Positions 1 through 12,599 of a stretch of 64,000 nucleotides of DNA are shown in pieces. The notes beneath the pieces were generated by a model. It made no database searches and was not told the origin of the DNA. It worked only from the letters and a program-made list of their open reading frames with translations. Source of the DNA: Trichosphaerium sp. ATCC 40318 (Eukaryota > Protista > Tubulinea). The stretch lies in contig JALMLS010000275.1 of NCBI GenBank assembly GCA_038496445.1, forward strand, positions 27,159 through 91,158, read 5' to 3'. The stretch's first letter is position 1. Every line of letters begins with the position of its first letter. The translations under genes and the position numbers were made by a program.

Positions 1-2035
1 TCTCTGGGATGGCATCCCAACGCCATTCATCGTCTTCAAGCATGTAGTACTCTACAAAAAATATTAGAACTTGTTACTCGTTCTTTCATCTTTAACGTGC
101 TTTTTAGATCGATGCCAGTCCAATCAGCATCAAGTCCTTCGTAGAGCATTTGTTGACGAATAAAATCCTCGAATTTTTGTTTTGCGACTGCACCATCAGA
201 TTTACCGACTGTATCAGGTATACTTGGTGGACGTTCCTTGAGAAAAAAAAACCATCAGTTTTGGGATCAAAAATAAATAAAAAAAGACTCTGAACTTACG
301 ATGTCATCACGTCTTTCTGGAATAGCAACATGGAGGCGATGAGCCTTTGCTTTAATTTCTCTGCTGAGTAATTTTTGCTCTGTACGTTGTGCGAGTAGGA
401 TCTCACATGCCTGAACAAAGGAAAGTTAGTTTATATTTCTTTGTAAATAAAAATGTTGTTTTTCTCGTACTGTTTCTTTTACTTTTGCAACATTATCCTC
501 ATTTACATTACTCATTGGAATAACTTGAACACTACCAGCTGCTGGGTTGTCTTTAACAATCTCATCAATCAAAGCACGGTCTGAGTCATTTAGTTCTTCA
601 AGCCTAAATAACAGAAATTTAGGAATAGACGGTTTTTACACAGTAAAAAAAAAAAGCAAAAAGTGCTCTTTAGGATTTAACACCAACACGTACTTTACAA
701 GATCAATCTTATTGAGTACCAATACAAGTGGTTTATTGGTAAAGAGAGGACGAATGTTTTTAAAGAGAGAAACCTATTAACATTTGTTATTCGAACGTCT
801 TTGTAGATGGAGAAAAAAAAACTCAGAAGTTTTGGTTGCATTTTATGAAAAAAATAATAAAAACGTACCTGTTGTTTTATGGAATATCCGCAGGCCTCAG
901 AAATATCAATAAAAAATAAAACGCAACATCTTAGATGAGCCAAAGCTGTGACAGACTGCATTTCAATTGTATTACGCTCTTGGATCTCATGATCAAGAAT
1001 TCCAGGAGTGTCAATTACCTATCAAACAAAAATAAGGAAAAAAACATTTACGATTTTTCTCTGATCCAAGACATTTGATGCGCTTGATTTTTTGTCTGCA
1101 TTAATAAGAAAATAATACGTACCTGCCATCGCAAGTATTTGTAGTCCATGTGTCCAACAAACAAAGATTTTGTTGTAAACGCATAAGGTTCAACTTCACA
1201 GTTGGCACGCGTTACTTTGTTCATAAAACTACTCTTACCAACATTTGGGTAACTAGTTTGAAAAAAAAACGTTAACAACAAAACCGAAGGAAAAAGAGTA
1301 AAAAAATTAGTGAATTTCACCCAGAAAGTGTAAAGAACATGCATTCCGCGAAAGATATGGTTATTTTACGTACCCACATACTAACAGTGTACGTGTGGAA
1401 GGATCAATAGATGGTAAACGAGCTAAATGCTGGCGTACTTGCTCTAAGTAAGCAAGACTGGCCTTTTGTTTCTTCAAAATTGTAACCATACTATAATAAG
1501 ACGTTAATACCATGTGTATTGCAGAATTAGGCGTTTTAGGAGCGAGCTTTTTTCTTTTTTGGTGTTTTTACTTACCGACCCAAAGCTGCGCGTTTTAATT
1601 GTTTGCAACGGTACATACTATCACCGTATTTGAGCAAGCGCACATAATCTTTAGAAAGAGTATCGATGAGATGACAAGCTGTGTTGAGTTGACCCAAAGC
1701 GAGTTTGTAGTGATCTTTATCGTATAGTACGTTAACCAAACTGGCGTAGAAAGGGTGTAACTCCTATTTGAGCTAGTTAGAAGAATGTACTTGCTTTTTT
1801 ACACAAATAACGTTACCTCCATCACAGGAAATTCGGTGATAATGCGCGAGAGGCGATCATGGGTAATTTGTTGACAATACCGTACTTTTCTCATGTAGAA
1901 TTTGCGTATTCTTGAAATATGGTAGTGTTTATGGACTACAGTAGGTGTTCCACGCATTGTTTTGGACAATACAATGTTAATAATCTCTGTTCCATCAGGA
2001 ACTACCTGTATGTTCTTGAAGTTGTATTGGACCAT
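1..2035 (-). CDS. NOG1: Nucleolar GTP-binding protein 1 (NOG1/GTPBP4), multi-exon, 3' end runs off the window
   Basis: [31 protein letters not shown]; [49 protein letters not shown]; GT-AG introns. Confidence 0.97.
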
Positions 2036-2385
2036 CTTTTACAGCAAACGGAAGAGGTACAACCAAAGCGTGAGAAAAATGAACGAAAAACTCTTGACTT
2101 TAACAAGACCACAGGTGCACACCGTCTCCTGAAAAAGGTGAAGTGCCTTTTGGTTTTGCTGTAGCGCTTACATTGTAATGCTTTGTCTGTAGCGCGTATG
2201 TGTATTTGTAGCATACAGAATAACGTGTTTTTGTTCGTACTACAACGCCCACAGAGAAAATATTTTGTTTTTACTTTACAGTATTTTTTCTTTCACTTTT
2301 AACGGCGTAAATAACTATTGGGGATGTTGTAAACATGTTTGTCATAGCTGGAAATTTGTTGGCGTCTGTGATAATCTCATTCTTT

Positions 2386-2871
2386 CTAGTAGATCATCGC
2401 ATGCTCGTCATGGCCGTGCTCGCTGTGGCCGTGTACTCTGTGGTGAACTAGAAGTGATTTAGAGGGCCAACGGCTCAATTGTTTTTGCGTTTTGTAAGAA
2501 TAATGCGCTTCTTTCGCTTATGTTCACTTACCATAGTTCTTCCACTTGTACGAGTATCTCATCATAACAGCAGTGGTAATTGAAAGAGCAATCCACATCT
2601 ACCCACGCTTTAGTTAATTTTACTTAATTTATACTTCCCAGCGCTTGTGAGAGCTTATTTGCACAATTGTCGCAAAGAAAAAAAATAAACGTACGTAACC
2701 AGTTCTGTATGGTCCAATTCTGTTCCAGAACCTGTGGTGCCAGGTTTCGATGGTAGGCAAGATAGGCGCATCACCCTTCATAGTCCTTATGTATTTGAGT
2801 GGCTCATGTGAGACATCTTTAGCGGCGGTTTTCAAGGCCTCAGCGGCTTTAGTGGTTGCTGGCTCTGTCAT
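2386..2871 (-). CDS. Small (~100 aa) 3-exon single-TM protein with His-rich C-terminus; possibly complex I NDUFB3-like subunit
   Basis: Spliced: MTEPA..ETWHHRFWNRIGPYRTGY|MWIALSITTAVMMRYSYKWKNY|VHHRVHGHSEHGHDEHAMIY*. Family assignment is tentative. Confidence 0.6.
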
Positions 2872-4940
2872 CCTGTGCTGAACTGAACTTAAGAATTATT
2901 GCGACTGGAAACTTAATCGCAGTCTGAATAGACTTCCAAGAGCACGCCCTTGTTATAATTAATATTGAGTGCGTTGTTGATACATTTGCTTGTTGCACTG
3001 CGTCCAAATCTCAGATACCTCAATGTTTTTAGCCCTCAGACATTTTCTGCTATTGTAGCACAAACCAGAAACAAATACCAGCAGCAGCAGATAGTAATGG
3101 GTAAGGGATCAAAGAGAAGAGGTGCAACGGTTGTGATTGTGTAATATCTCCTGCACGTGTGCAACAATTCATAGCTTGACCATTCAAGTATTTTCTTCTA
3201 TTGTGCATCTACGATGCTTCAATGCAACTTGTAAGCTGGAACTATTTCTGAACAGGATAGATTCGTTGGCGCGATCAATAACCAATGAACATATCGTCTA
3301 CGATAAGGCTGGACTGCAATTTATGTTATAACAGCTTACTTTCAGTCGTGTAGGATAACTCTGTTGAAGGTTCGTACACGCTGTTAATCTACGACACAAA
3401 ATTGCGCCAGTGGAGCAAGCATTAGAACTGGTGATCCAGTTGTCGCTACATAGTTATGTGAGAGGTAGGCGACCTGCTTTTGGAGTGTTTGCAGTTTAAG
3501 CAGAAAGGGAAGGTTTTTTAGATGTATAGGTAGCGTTAACGCCCTTGCTTGATGCAATGCAATTTTTTGCATGTAACCTTAGTGGCCTCGCGGAGTGATT
3601 TTAGTGAGTGTCACAAGACCTAGGGATTTTTACGGGCGAGTATTGACGGCGGTGACATACTTAGTAAAATTGTATTTAGCATCAATTATTAAATGACATT
3701 CAAGTGTCACTAGCACCAAAGAATGAAAGTTGTCTCTTTGCCAAATACTGTAATATTGGATAGGTGTTTTCAAGGTTGTAACTGTTTTATTTTTATTTCT
3801 TTATTTAACGTCAATAGAAGTCAACTAAGACAACTTCTCTTAGCATTAAGAGCACAGTTCATCAGGCCGTCGTACGGCGCTATTTAAGTTGGTTGTAACT
3901 GCACTACAGCGTACTAGACTTAAACGTGTTAAGTTTCCGAACTAAATTTAGGTCAATTTTCAGATAGCGCGAACAAGAATTGTGTTTCTTACAAACCTTC
4001 CCAAATCGTACTAAAACAGCTCTTGGTGAGTTTTAACGATACCCACAATTTTTTTTGACAAAGAAATGCAACTCTACAAAAACCTTTCCATCTTATCTAA
4101 AGCTTGAGGTGCATAGTTGTAGTGCTTCCCGACTGACGGTTGCGGCTGATTATACTTCGTTTTAACTGATTGGGGCTTTCAGGGTAATTACTTCGTTTCA
4201 TACTTCGCTTTCTCCCTGTTAGCCCTTTAAACCAACATTACAGCCTGATTTGCACTTGCGACATGATTATCTGCGATGCCGCGACAGAGCTGGCATCGCT
4301 TAAGGATAGTTGTGATTGCTTGGTGCTTATTCCGAAAGTCATATACTTCGCAAAATTGTTGTTTTCACGTAAAATACTTGTGCTGATTAAGGACACTGGA
4401 GATGAGTAAATCATCTACTTGTGTACCTTGGCACTACCTGAGGCACACTACGCGACCACCTCTTTTTGTTTTTGTCTACCCATGATCAGAAATACAGTCT
4501 CATCCAGTAAGGTCTCCTTCAGTGGTTGAAAGCACAAGCAGCTGGTAATAGCACGTAATAACAACAGCTGGACAGTAGTTTGGAATGCTTACTATACTGT
4601 ATTGTGTTTACATAGTTTATGACAGTGTACAAGAGGCCCACATAATTACCAGACATTGTCACAAAACTTGTTGGAAATGTTGGCACGTGGCTACTTGAAA
4701 TACCCATTTCAGTGATGTACCACAAGTAATATATAAAGGCTTTCTAAATCGATTTTTTTCCTTTGCTTTATTTTACAATTACAAGTGCAAAAAAAAACCT
4801 TCGATATTTGTTTTTGTCATGGTGAGAGGCATATAAAAAAAATAGAACACAATCACGTTATCAACTGAATACAGTTGATTTTGATTACGTTATAGTAGAA
4901 GTAATATCACTACGTGTTTTTACCAAGTGGTGGTTCTTAC

Positions 4941-7900
4941 TTATTTCTTAGTTATACTTAATTTCCTTTTTCTTTCTTTTTTACTGCGTTTTGGTGATTT
5001 TTCTGGAAGATCAAACTCCTCGAACTCAGGTAGAACAACAACAGGTCCTGAGTGACCCATAATTTGTGGTGTTGTTTTCTTTATACCTGTATACCATTTT
5101 CTCAAGTCTTTGGAGTTAGGTACACCTAAAGAAGAATATCAACAACACACACTGAAAAACCAAAATTGGAAGAAAACAATTTTGCATGCGTACCGAAGTA
5201 TAGTGTTGTTGCTCCTGACCATGATCCAGTATTGGATGGTTGTGCAATAGAAAACATTATCAATTTTGCTGATTCTCTGGATAGCTAAGTAGCGATTTAG
5301 CAAGAAACCAAGGTTATGTTATCTTTTCTTTTGTTTTTTTTTTTTCAATTTTCAACAACGTACACCTAATGTTGCCTTATCTACATTTGTAACGTTTGTT
5401 ACTGTAGTTCCCTTAAGATCAGTAATCTGATTTGGGTGTTTATCTCTCTTTTGTTTGTATTGGTACATTATACCATTACGTAGTACGATCCTAAAGGTAA
5501 ATACTGTCAGGAACATCAGAATAAAAATAAAAGACCTAAACAAAAACTTACCAGACTTTTTTGACTTCCTTAGAAAGCATGGCTTTTGGTGTGACACTAT
5601 AAAGGTATCCAGTATGCTCTACAACCTTAGGGTTTGAGCTAGGTGGTGCTACTCTATGAACAAGCAAGAATTTCTGAACTTCTTTGTCTCGAAGTAAGGC
5701 TTGCTTCTGTACTACTTGACGTAACCTAGAAAGAACAATGTAAGAACAGGTATATTGTCTTAATTATTTTGCGTACCAGTCCTCAAGTGATCTTTGTTGT
5801 TTTTCTACATTGAAAGGACTGAGTTGGTTGAACCACCCTTTGTTTGCCTTAAGGACAGGTACAGTATTTTTATAGCACAGACGCAACTAAACAAGAAGAG
5901 TAGAATATTAATGGCAAGCCGGATGAAGGTTAAAAAAAAAATTGTTTAAATATTCGTTCGCACGTACGTGTTTATGAAGGTCTCCAAAATCAGAATGGCG
6001 ACGGTAAACTGACCACCGACGGTCATTAGCTTCAATGACTAACTTGAAAATCTAATTCCAATAAGCAAGAATCCAAGGTAATAAAGAAGAAAATATGAAA
6101 AAAAAGAGAAAAACGTACAGTGTACAATCTATTCTCAGCGTTTCTCTTCATTGCTGTGTGATCAATAATATCAACGACAACGAGACCAGTGACCTTGAAT
6201 TCTGTAGGTTTTTGAGCTGCTGATGCACTTTTGTTTCCTTCATTGCCCATAGCACCAACCATAGTACTCAGGCGCCTAAGTAAAGGAATTAGCAGACTTA
6301 AAAAGCAAAGAATAGTGTAACTTGCCATAGTCTGGTAGCTCTATATTTGGATCTTGGAGAAACTAAGTCATTAAGTGGAGGAGTATTCGTAGCTCCACTT
6401 GTAGGCTTGTTTCTTGGAGGTAGTGGAGGACGAGGCCCAAATTGAGCAGTCTAATGGAACACGTCAGAGTTGTAAAGGAAAATGACTTACCCTTGGTCTT
6501 TGTCTTCTTGGAATTTGCATAGAAGCGCGTCTAGATGTGTTTTTGGTGTATGTACCACCCAAACCAGAGTTTGGAGCAGTAGGATCATAATCATCTTCAT
6601 GTGAGAAATCAGCGTGGAGTTTTGCCAACATTTGCTTGTCATATCCTACGCCACCAGAGGATGAATTCAAAATAGCCATGGATTTTCTCTTGGCCTGTCG
6701 AATTACTTGGTGAGCATGTCTTTCTGCAGATTGTTGGAGTTGTGAAGTGCTTTGTCTGAGACTCTGCTTTAAGTGTTCCATCTCTTCAGCAACCTTGAGT
6801 CTAGCGTCTTCACGTGTCATATCACGCAATGTGTTGGACTTGGCTTGGGCTGCTTCGCGTATCTTGGAGGCTTGTTGTTGGGCAGCTTCGGTAATGACAC
6901 GCCCTTCCTCTCGGCTGAGACTGCTGGCTTCTTGAAAAGCAATATCTTTTGAATAGAGTAAGCAATAATGATGCAAACAAAAAAGAAAAAAAAGTGGCTC
7001 ACCTTGCACGCGCTTAGCTTCTTCTTCAGCGGATAATGATATATCTTGTAATTGTTTCTCCAAAGCAATACGTGATTGTTGTTCTACATTTGAACGTAGT
7101 TTTTGCATCTCTTCTTCTGCTTCTGTTCTCATAATAATACTTCTTTCTTTAGCTTTTTCTAGCACTAATTTTGCTTCCTCTGATGCTTTGTTAAGCAAGG
7201 CATCTGCACGAGTTTGAGCAATCTCTAGTGCTTCTTTTTCGGCTTTCTTTGTGTAATCCTTTAATAGTTGTTGCTTGAATGATTCTACTTCACGATGCGC
7301 TTCTTGTTTGGCAAGTTCAGCATCACGTTCTGCTTTTTCTTTTACTCTCTTTGCGTTCTCTTCTAACTCGGCAATCCTTTGATTTATCATAAGCGATTCG
7401 TCTAACATTACGCTTTTACACTTATTACGTACCTTTCAGCGCTTATTTTTTGTTTCGCTTCGACTTGTGAATCAAGTTGTTTCAGTCTACAAAATTAGTC
7501 AGGTTTTGAATTGGTAACTCAAATGGAGGCCTTTTTACCTTATTTGTTGTTGGTTTTCGGCTTCTGCAAGCATCTCAAGTTTGGTTGATAGTTCGCGTTC
7601 CTTATTAGATAATTCGTTCAAACGTTTCTTGTTGCTAAGCTCTGTACGCTCAAGCTCTTGAAGACGTTGCATTCTTGCAATAAGTTCGCGTTCTCGTTGT
7701 GCGAGTTGTTGTTCTCTTTCGTTTAGTTCTTGCTCGCGCTTTAGCTTAGCACTGTGCTCGCTTTCAATAAGCTTTAACTTTGCTTTCTTAATAGCGTCAC
7801 TGGCTTCTCTTTGCTCCTTATTTTTCTTTTCACGTGCTTCTTTTAATTTGGCTTCTAAAACAAAGTAAATTAGAAAGAAGTAACAACAAAAATTTTGGCG

Positions 7901-9521
7901 CAAGGTTTTTTCATTATTAGACCCCACAGCATACCTCGTTCTAAGCGTGCTTGTTTCATCTTTTCAATCCTTAGTCTCTTCTCAGCTCGGTCTGGTTTTT
8001 TGATTTCCAAAGTTGGATCTACCCATTTACCTTGTACAAGTAAGTACTTTGTGAGAAATTATTTTTACGTACTTGTAGTTATTGTAAATGGACTTGCAAC
8101 AAGCTTTGAACCGCGTAAGAATACATCACAATTATATCTTCCTTCACTATCAAGCACAAACTCAACATCAAAGGAGTTATCACCGTTATCATATACATCA
8201 ATTTCAATCTGTTGTTGAGTATCTAAGAACTCTACTCTAATATCCTCTTCTTTGAAGTCTAAAGCAAGAAAAAAAACAATAAGATTAAAAGCTTACAATA
8301 GACATCTCTTTTTTCAATTCAAAAAAGTTGGAAAAGCATCATACCTCCTCCTTTTAAGTATACAGTGAATACTGTATCGGTATTAATAATTACAAGGTTT
8401 TCTATCGCTGGTCCTTCAACAATGGCAGTAAGAATGGTAGCTTTAAAAAAATCCGGAAGTTAGTGTCTGCTTTAAATTGTAATTAATGGTACTTACAATT
8501 ACCAACAACTACCTCTACTGATGGAAAAATTTCGTGCTCTCCATAAGGAAACCTGAATGTATAAATGCCTTCTGCACCTCGATGCCACTCAACGTCAAAA
8601 GTTTCATCGCCATTATCAAAAACTTGAGCATTGATAACATCACCTCCAGGCTCTAAACAAACGACATTAAATACACAAACTTTCAGAAAGAAAAAAAAAA
8701 AGAAGAAAAAATCGCCTTATATACTCACGAGTAACCTTGACCTTCAATTTGGCCATTTGTAACTCTAGTTCTGGAACACATACTGTGAACATTTGGCTTG
8801 CATTCTCCATATCAAGCGATTCTCCGTTAAAACCTATTAAAAGTATTACGACATGCAAAAGAGCGCATAGAATAAATGCTAAATTTATAGTGTATTTTTT
8901 TGAGCGTAAGTTGTTGTACCGTAACCAAATAGTGTCGTTTCGCTTGGTACTGCAAGTGCTCCATTTTCAAGAATAGTATAGCCAGTTGGGGCATCAGCTA
9001 GATGACTTGTATGAGTAACTGGTTAAACTTACGATAATACTACTTACCAGCTTCTTTCGCTACTACTGAGAAGGGGCTCCTTGCTGCTGGTGTTCCTCTA
9101 AAGAGAAAATTGTCAGGTAAGAATAAACTAAATAGATAATATTGTACCTCACTGATACGTGTATAATAAGCAATCCTGGAGCATCAGGTGTGTAGCCCAC
9201 GTCAAATGTACCGTCTCCGTTATCGTACACTGTTTTTGGGGTGAGAAGATCAATGAAGTGAAGACAAAAGCATACCGTCGTTGGTGACCACTTTCCCACT
9301 TGCGTCTAGCATCTAAGAAAGCGGTTAAAGGCACCAACTAACAATTATAAACGAAAAAAGAGTAAAAAAAGTACCTTCACTTCTACATCATCTTCGCTTA
9401 TATATAGCTCTTTTAAACCTTCCTGGACAGGTCTGACGAAGAAAATATTTTCCCAACCAACTGTAGCACTCTCAATACCTTCACCACCCACAAGTGCCGG
9501 TGCGAACACAGTAGCACTCAT
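4941..9521 (-). CDS. Filamin(ABP120)-repeat / long coiled-coil / PX / PH domain protein
   Basis: Filamin repeats (VYDNGDGTFDVGYTP; YDNGDNSFDVEFVL); E/K/Q-rich coiled coil 6464-7927; PX-like VYRRHSDFGDLHK; PH-like IVLRNGIMYQYKQKRDKHPNQITDLKG; ATG at 9521, TAA at 4941. Confidence 0.8.
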
Positions 9522-9615
9522 TGTTTTGTATGTTGGATAACTACTAAAATAATTGTAGTTTGACTTGAACGCTTCTAGTTTTCGATCGCTTTAGTACTTC
9601 TCCATACGCACAGAA

Positions 9616-9720
9616 AGGATTGGTTTCAAAACAAAATATCTTCACACATACCTAAAAAACCGTTCCAGCGTCAACGCTTATTATATCTACAGCTATTCTA
9701 TTTAGTTGTAGGATTGGTTT
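9616..9720. promoter_or_regulatory. Two AGGATTGGTTT (reverse CCAAT-box) motifs in the divergent promoter between the filamin gene and PABP
   Basis: Exact 11-mer at 9616-9626 and 9710-9720; the same 11-mer occurs at 57871-57881 upstream of CDC50. Confidence 0.45.
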
Positions 9721-9843
9721 TGTTACAATACGTAGCAAACCAAAGATATGGTAGACCTTTTTTTTTTGTGTTTCCTACGCAGCAAAAATTTGGTGGCGAA
9801 AATCTGCAGGAAAAACTGAGTAATAAATACACTAATACAAAAC

Positions 9844-12141
9844 ATGGCGGAGGTGCCTACCACAGTGGAACAGACCACTAAAAAGCGAATACCAGCTCTG
9901 TATGTCACAGACTTGACAAGGTAATTACAAATACTAGAATGACCAAATAACATATTTTACGTAGTAACGTCACTGAGCCTACACTATATGAGATATTCAA
10001 CACATTTGCACCTGTAGCTTCAGTTCGATGCTTGCGACCAACGCCACAGCGATCTAGAACGTATGCTTACGTTAATTTTTACAGTATTGAAGATGGTACG
10101 CCTTGCACCTGACAACTTTTTGTCTTTTGGGTTCTGGTATCGCCGCCAAGTCGCTGGCGATCGCCTATGTTGGTGTAATTGGAGAATTCACTCAGAATAG
10201 CCGAAAAAGCCCTAGAGGGAATGAGGGGTGGCATAATTGATGGAAAACCATGTAAAGTAATGTGGTCACAACAAAAGAGCAATTCCCGTAAATCTGTGGT
10301 ACTGTATAAACTAATTTTCCATTGTTTGTTAATCCAACCTAGCTTGGCCAGATTTTTGTTAAAAATCTCGATCCGTCTATCACTGATGATGACCTTCTAC
10401 ATACATTTGCCGCTTTTGGTGATATTCTATCTGCTAAAGTTGGTGCTGACCGTAACGGTGTATCTAGAGGTTACGGATTTGTTCATTTCAAAGAACCTGT
10501 AAGTGACACTTTTGTTTTTTATTGTGTTTTGTAAGTAACTTATTGATACGCAGGCCGCAGCTGCTAGAGCTGTAGAGAAAGTAAACGGACTTGTCCTTAT
10601 GAACAAAGTAATATACGTAGCTCCTTTTGTACCAAAGAAGGAACGCATGTCACATGTTCAGAGCGCTCCACAAACAAATGTTTATGTTAAAAACATTAAC
10701 AAAGTACGTAACTTTTACTTTTTTTCGCACCTTGCTTGTGCTGCGTTTACTAACTTGTAATAAGAGTTGGGATGAAGAAAAACTGAAAGAAGCCTTTTCT
10801 AAGTTTGGAGAGATTGCTAGCGCATTCGTAACACGTGATGCCGATGGCGCCAGTAGAGGTTTCGGGTTTGTTAATTTCACAAACAAGGAATCAGCAACAA
10901 AATGCATCGATTTCTGTGCAAGTGCAGAAAACGACCTTACAAATGAATCTGGTGTGAAAGTCTATGCTTCTCATGCACAAAAGAAAAATGAACGCGTAGC
11001 AGAATCACGTAAAATCACCTACGAAGTAAGCCATTAATCAAAAAAAAATCATCATAGTATTTCCACATTTTCATAATTTTCTGTGTTCCTCGTCAAACAA
11101 CCTGACTTTTTTCCTAGCAGCAGCAACAACAACAAATTAAAGAACCTATTCCAAATAGTAATCTTTATATTAAAAACTTGGATACTGATTTGGATGAATC
11201 ATTTCTTTTTGACCTATTTTCTGCTTTCGGTCAAACATTGTCTATCAAAGTAATGAGAGACGAGAATGGTGTATCTAAAGGATTTGGTTTTGTAAGCTTT
11301 GCTCAAAGTTCTGATGCATGGGCTGCTGTACAGGGTATGCATGGTACTCTCGTTGAAGGCTGTAAGAAACCTCTATACGTAAACTTCCACGAACCGAAAC
11401 ATATTCGGCAATCAAAGATGAAAGAGCATCATATGAATAGAGAATCACCAAGAGAAGGTGGTTGGCAACAACAATATTCCCATCCTGATAACAGACAATA
11501 CGAGGTAAACAAACACAATTTTCTCTTTTTTTTTTCTTTTTTTTTTCTTATTGTGACGTAAAAAACTCACCATCTTGTATTCAGGCTTATACCCAACACT
11601 ATCCTCTACCCCCTGTACAACCAGTAGTAGCGCCTAAAGAGGACCAAAAACCTCAAGTACTATCACTAAAGGAGCTTAATACATACCCGAAGGTACGACT
11701 TGAAAAATTACAATAGATTCTGTAGTTGGTACTGACTACTTGGGTTAGGAAAATCAGCGTATGGTAGTTGGAGAGCGTTTATATCCATTAATACTCGAAA
11801 AACAACCTCAACTTGCTGGAAAAATTACTGGAATGTTTCTATCAGCTTTTGATGATCCAGTCGACCTCTTACCTGTCCTAAATGATCCTACGAGGTTATC
11901 ACAAAAAGTAGATGAGGCTGTGGCAGTCCTAAATACAGGTAAGGAGCCAGGAGACAAACTTAACACCGAACTTTGAATACACTTTGTGCCATTATCAATA
12001 TCTGCTTTATTGACATTTGTTGTAGCGCAAGGAGCAAACCAAGCTGAACCCCAAGCCCCTGAAAATGTAGAAAAAACCAGTGACGATGCTACTGATGCAT
12101 CAACAAAGACTGAAAGTGATAAAACAGAAGCTAGTGCATGA
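9844..12141 (+). CDS. PABPC: Polyadenylate-binding protein (4 RRM + MLLE/PABC)
   Basis: RNP1 motifs [27 protein letters not shown]; C-terminal [16 protein letters not shown]. Confidence 0.93.
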
Positions 12142-12599
12142 TGAGATTTGGCATAGATAGACGTAATAAACTCCAGGATCCTCGCAAATACCAAGCCAGA
12201 GTCATGTCTGGTTTGTATTTTTCTCTCAAAACGCGCTGTATCAGCGCCGGTTGGTTCGTATTCTGGAGATCGGCAAGCATGAGTGTACAGGCGTGACGTT
12301 CCTTAGATTTGATCATAAAAAAAACTGCTGTAGTGCGAAAGGGAACAGAACAGATTGCTCTTTTATATTTGTTTACCATTACCTTTTTTTTATAAATAAA
12401 CGCAAAAACTACACAATCATGGTACTTTTCTCATATTATGCCTTGTCCAAAATGATTTTTGTGCCATAAACCTAGTTCAAATTCCAAAAGTGAACATCGG
12501 GTATCCCCATGAGCAACTAAATGAAGTGGGTGCGGCAAAGGCTCAGACTGCCGAATTTAAACAAAAACTTACGAAATAACAACATAAATGGTTTATTAG

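Noticed and set aside
3860-4350. Short GC hairpins (3867-3879, 4273-4299) and TACTTCG repeats as a Helitron or MITE
   Set aside because: No convincing termini, TSD or second copy.
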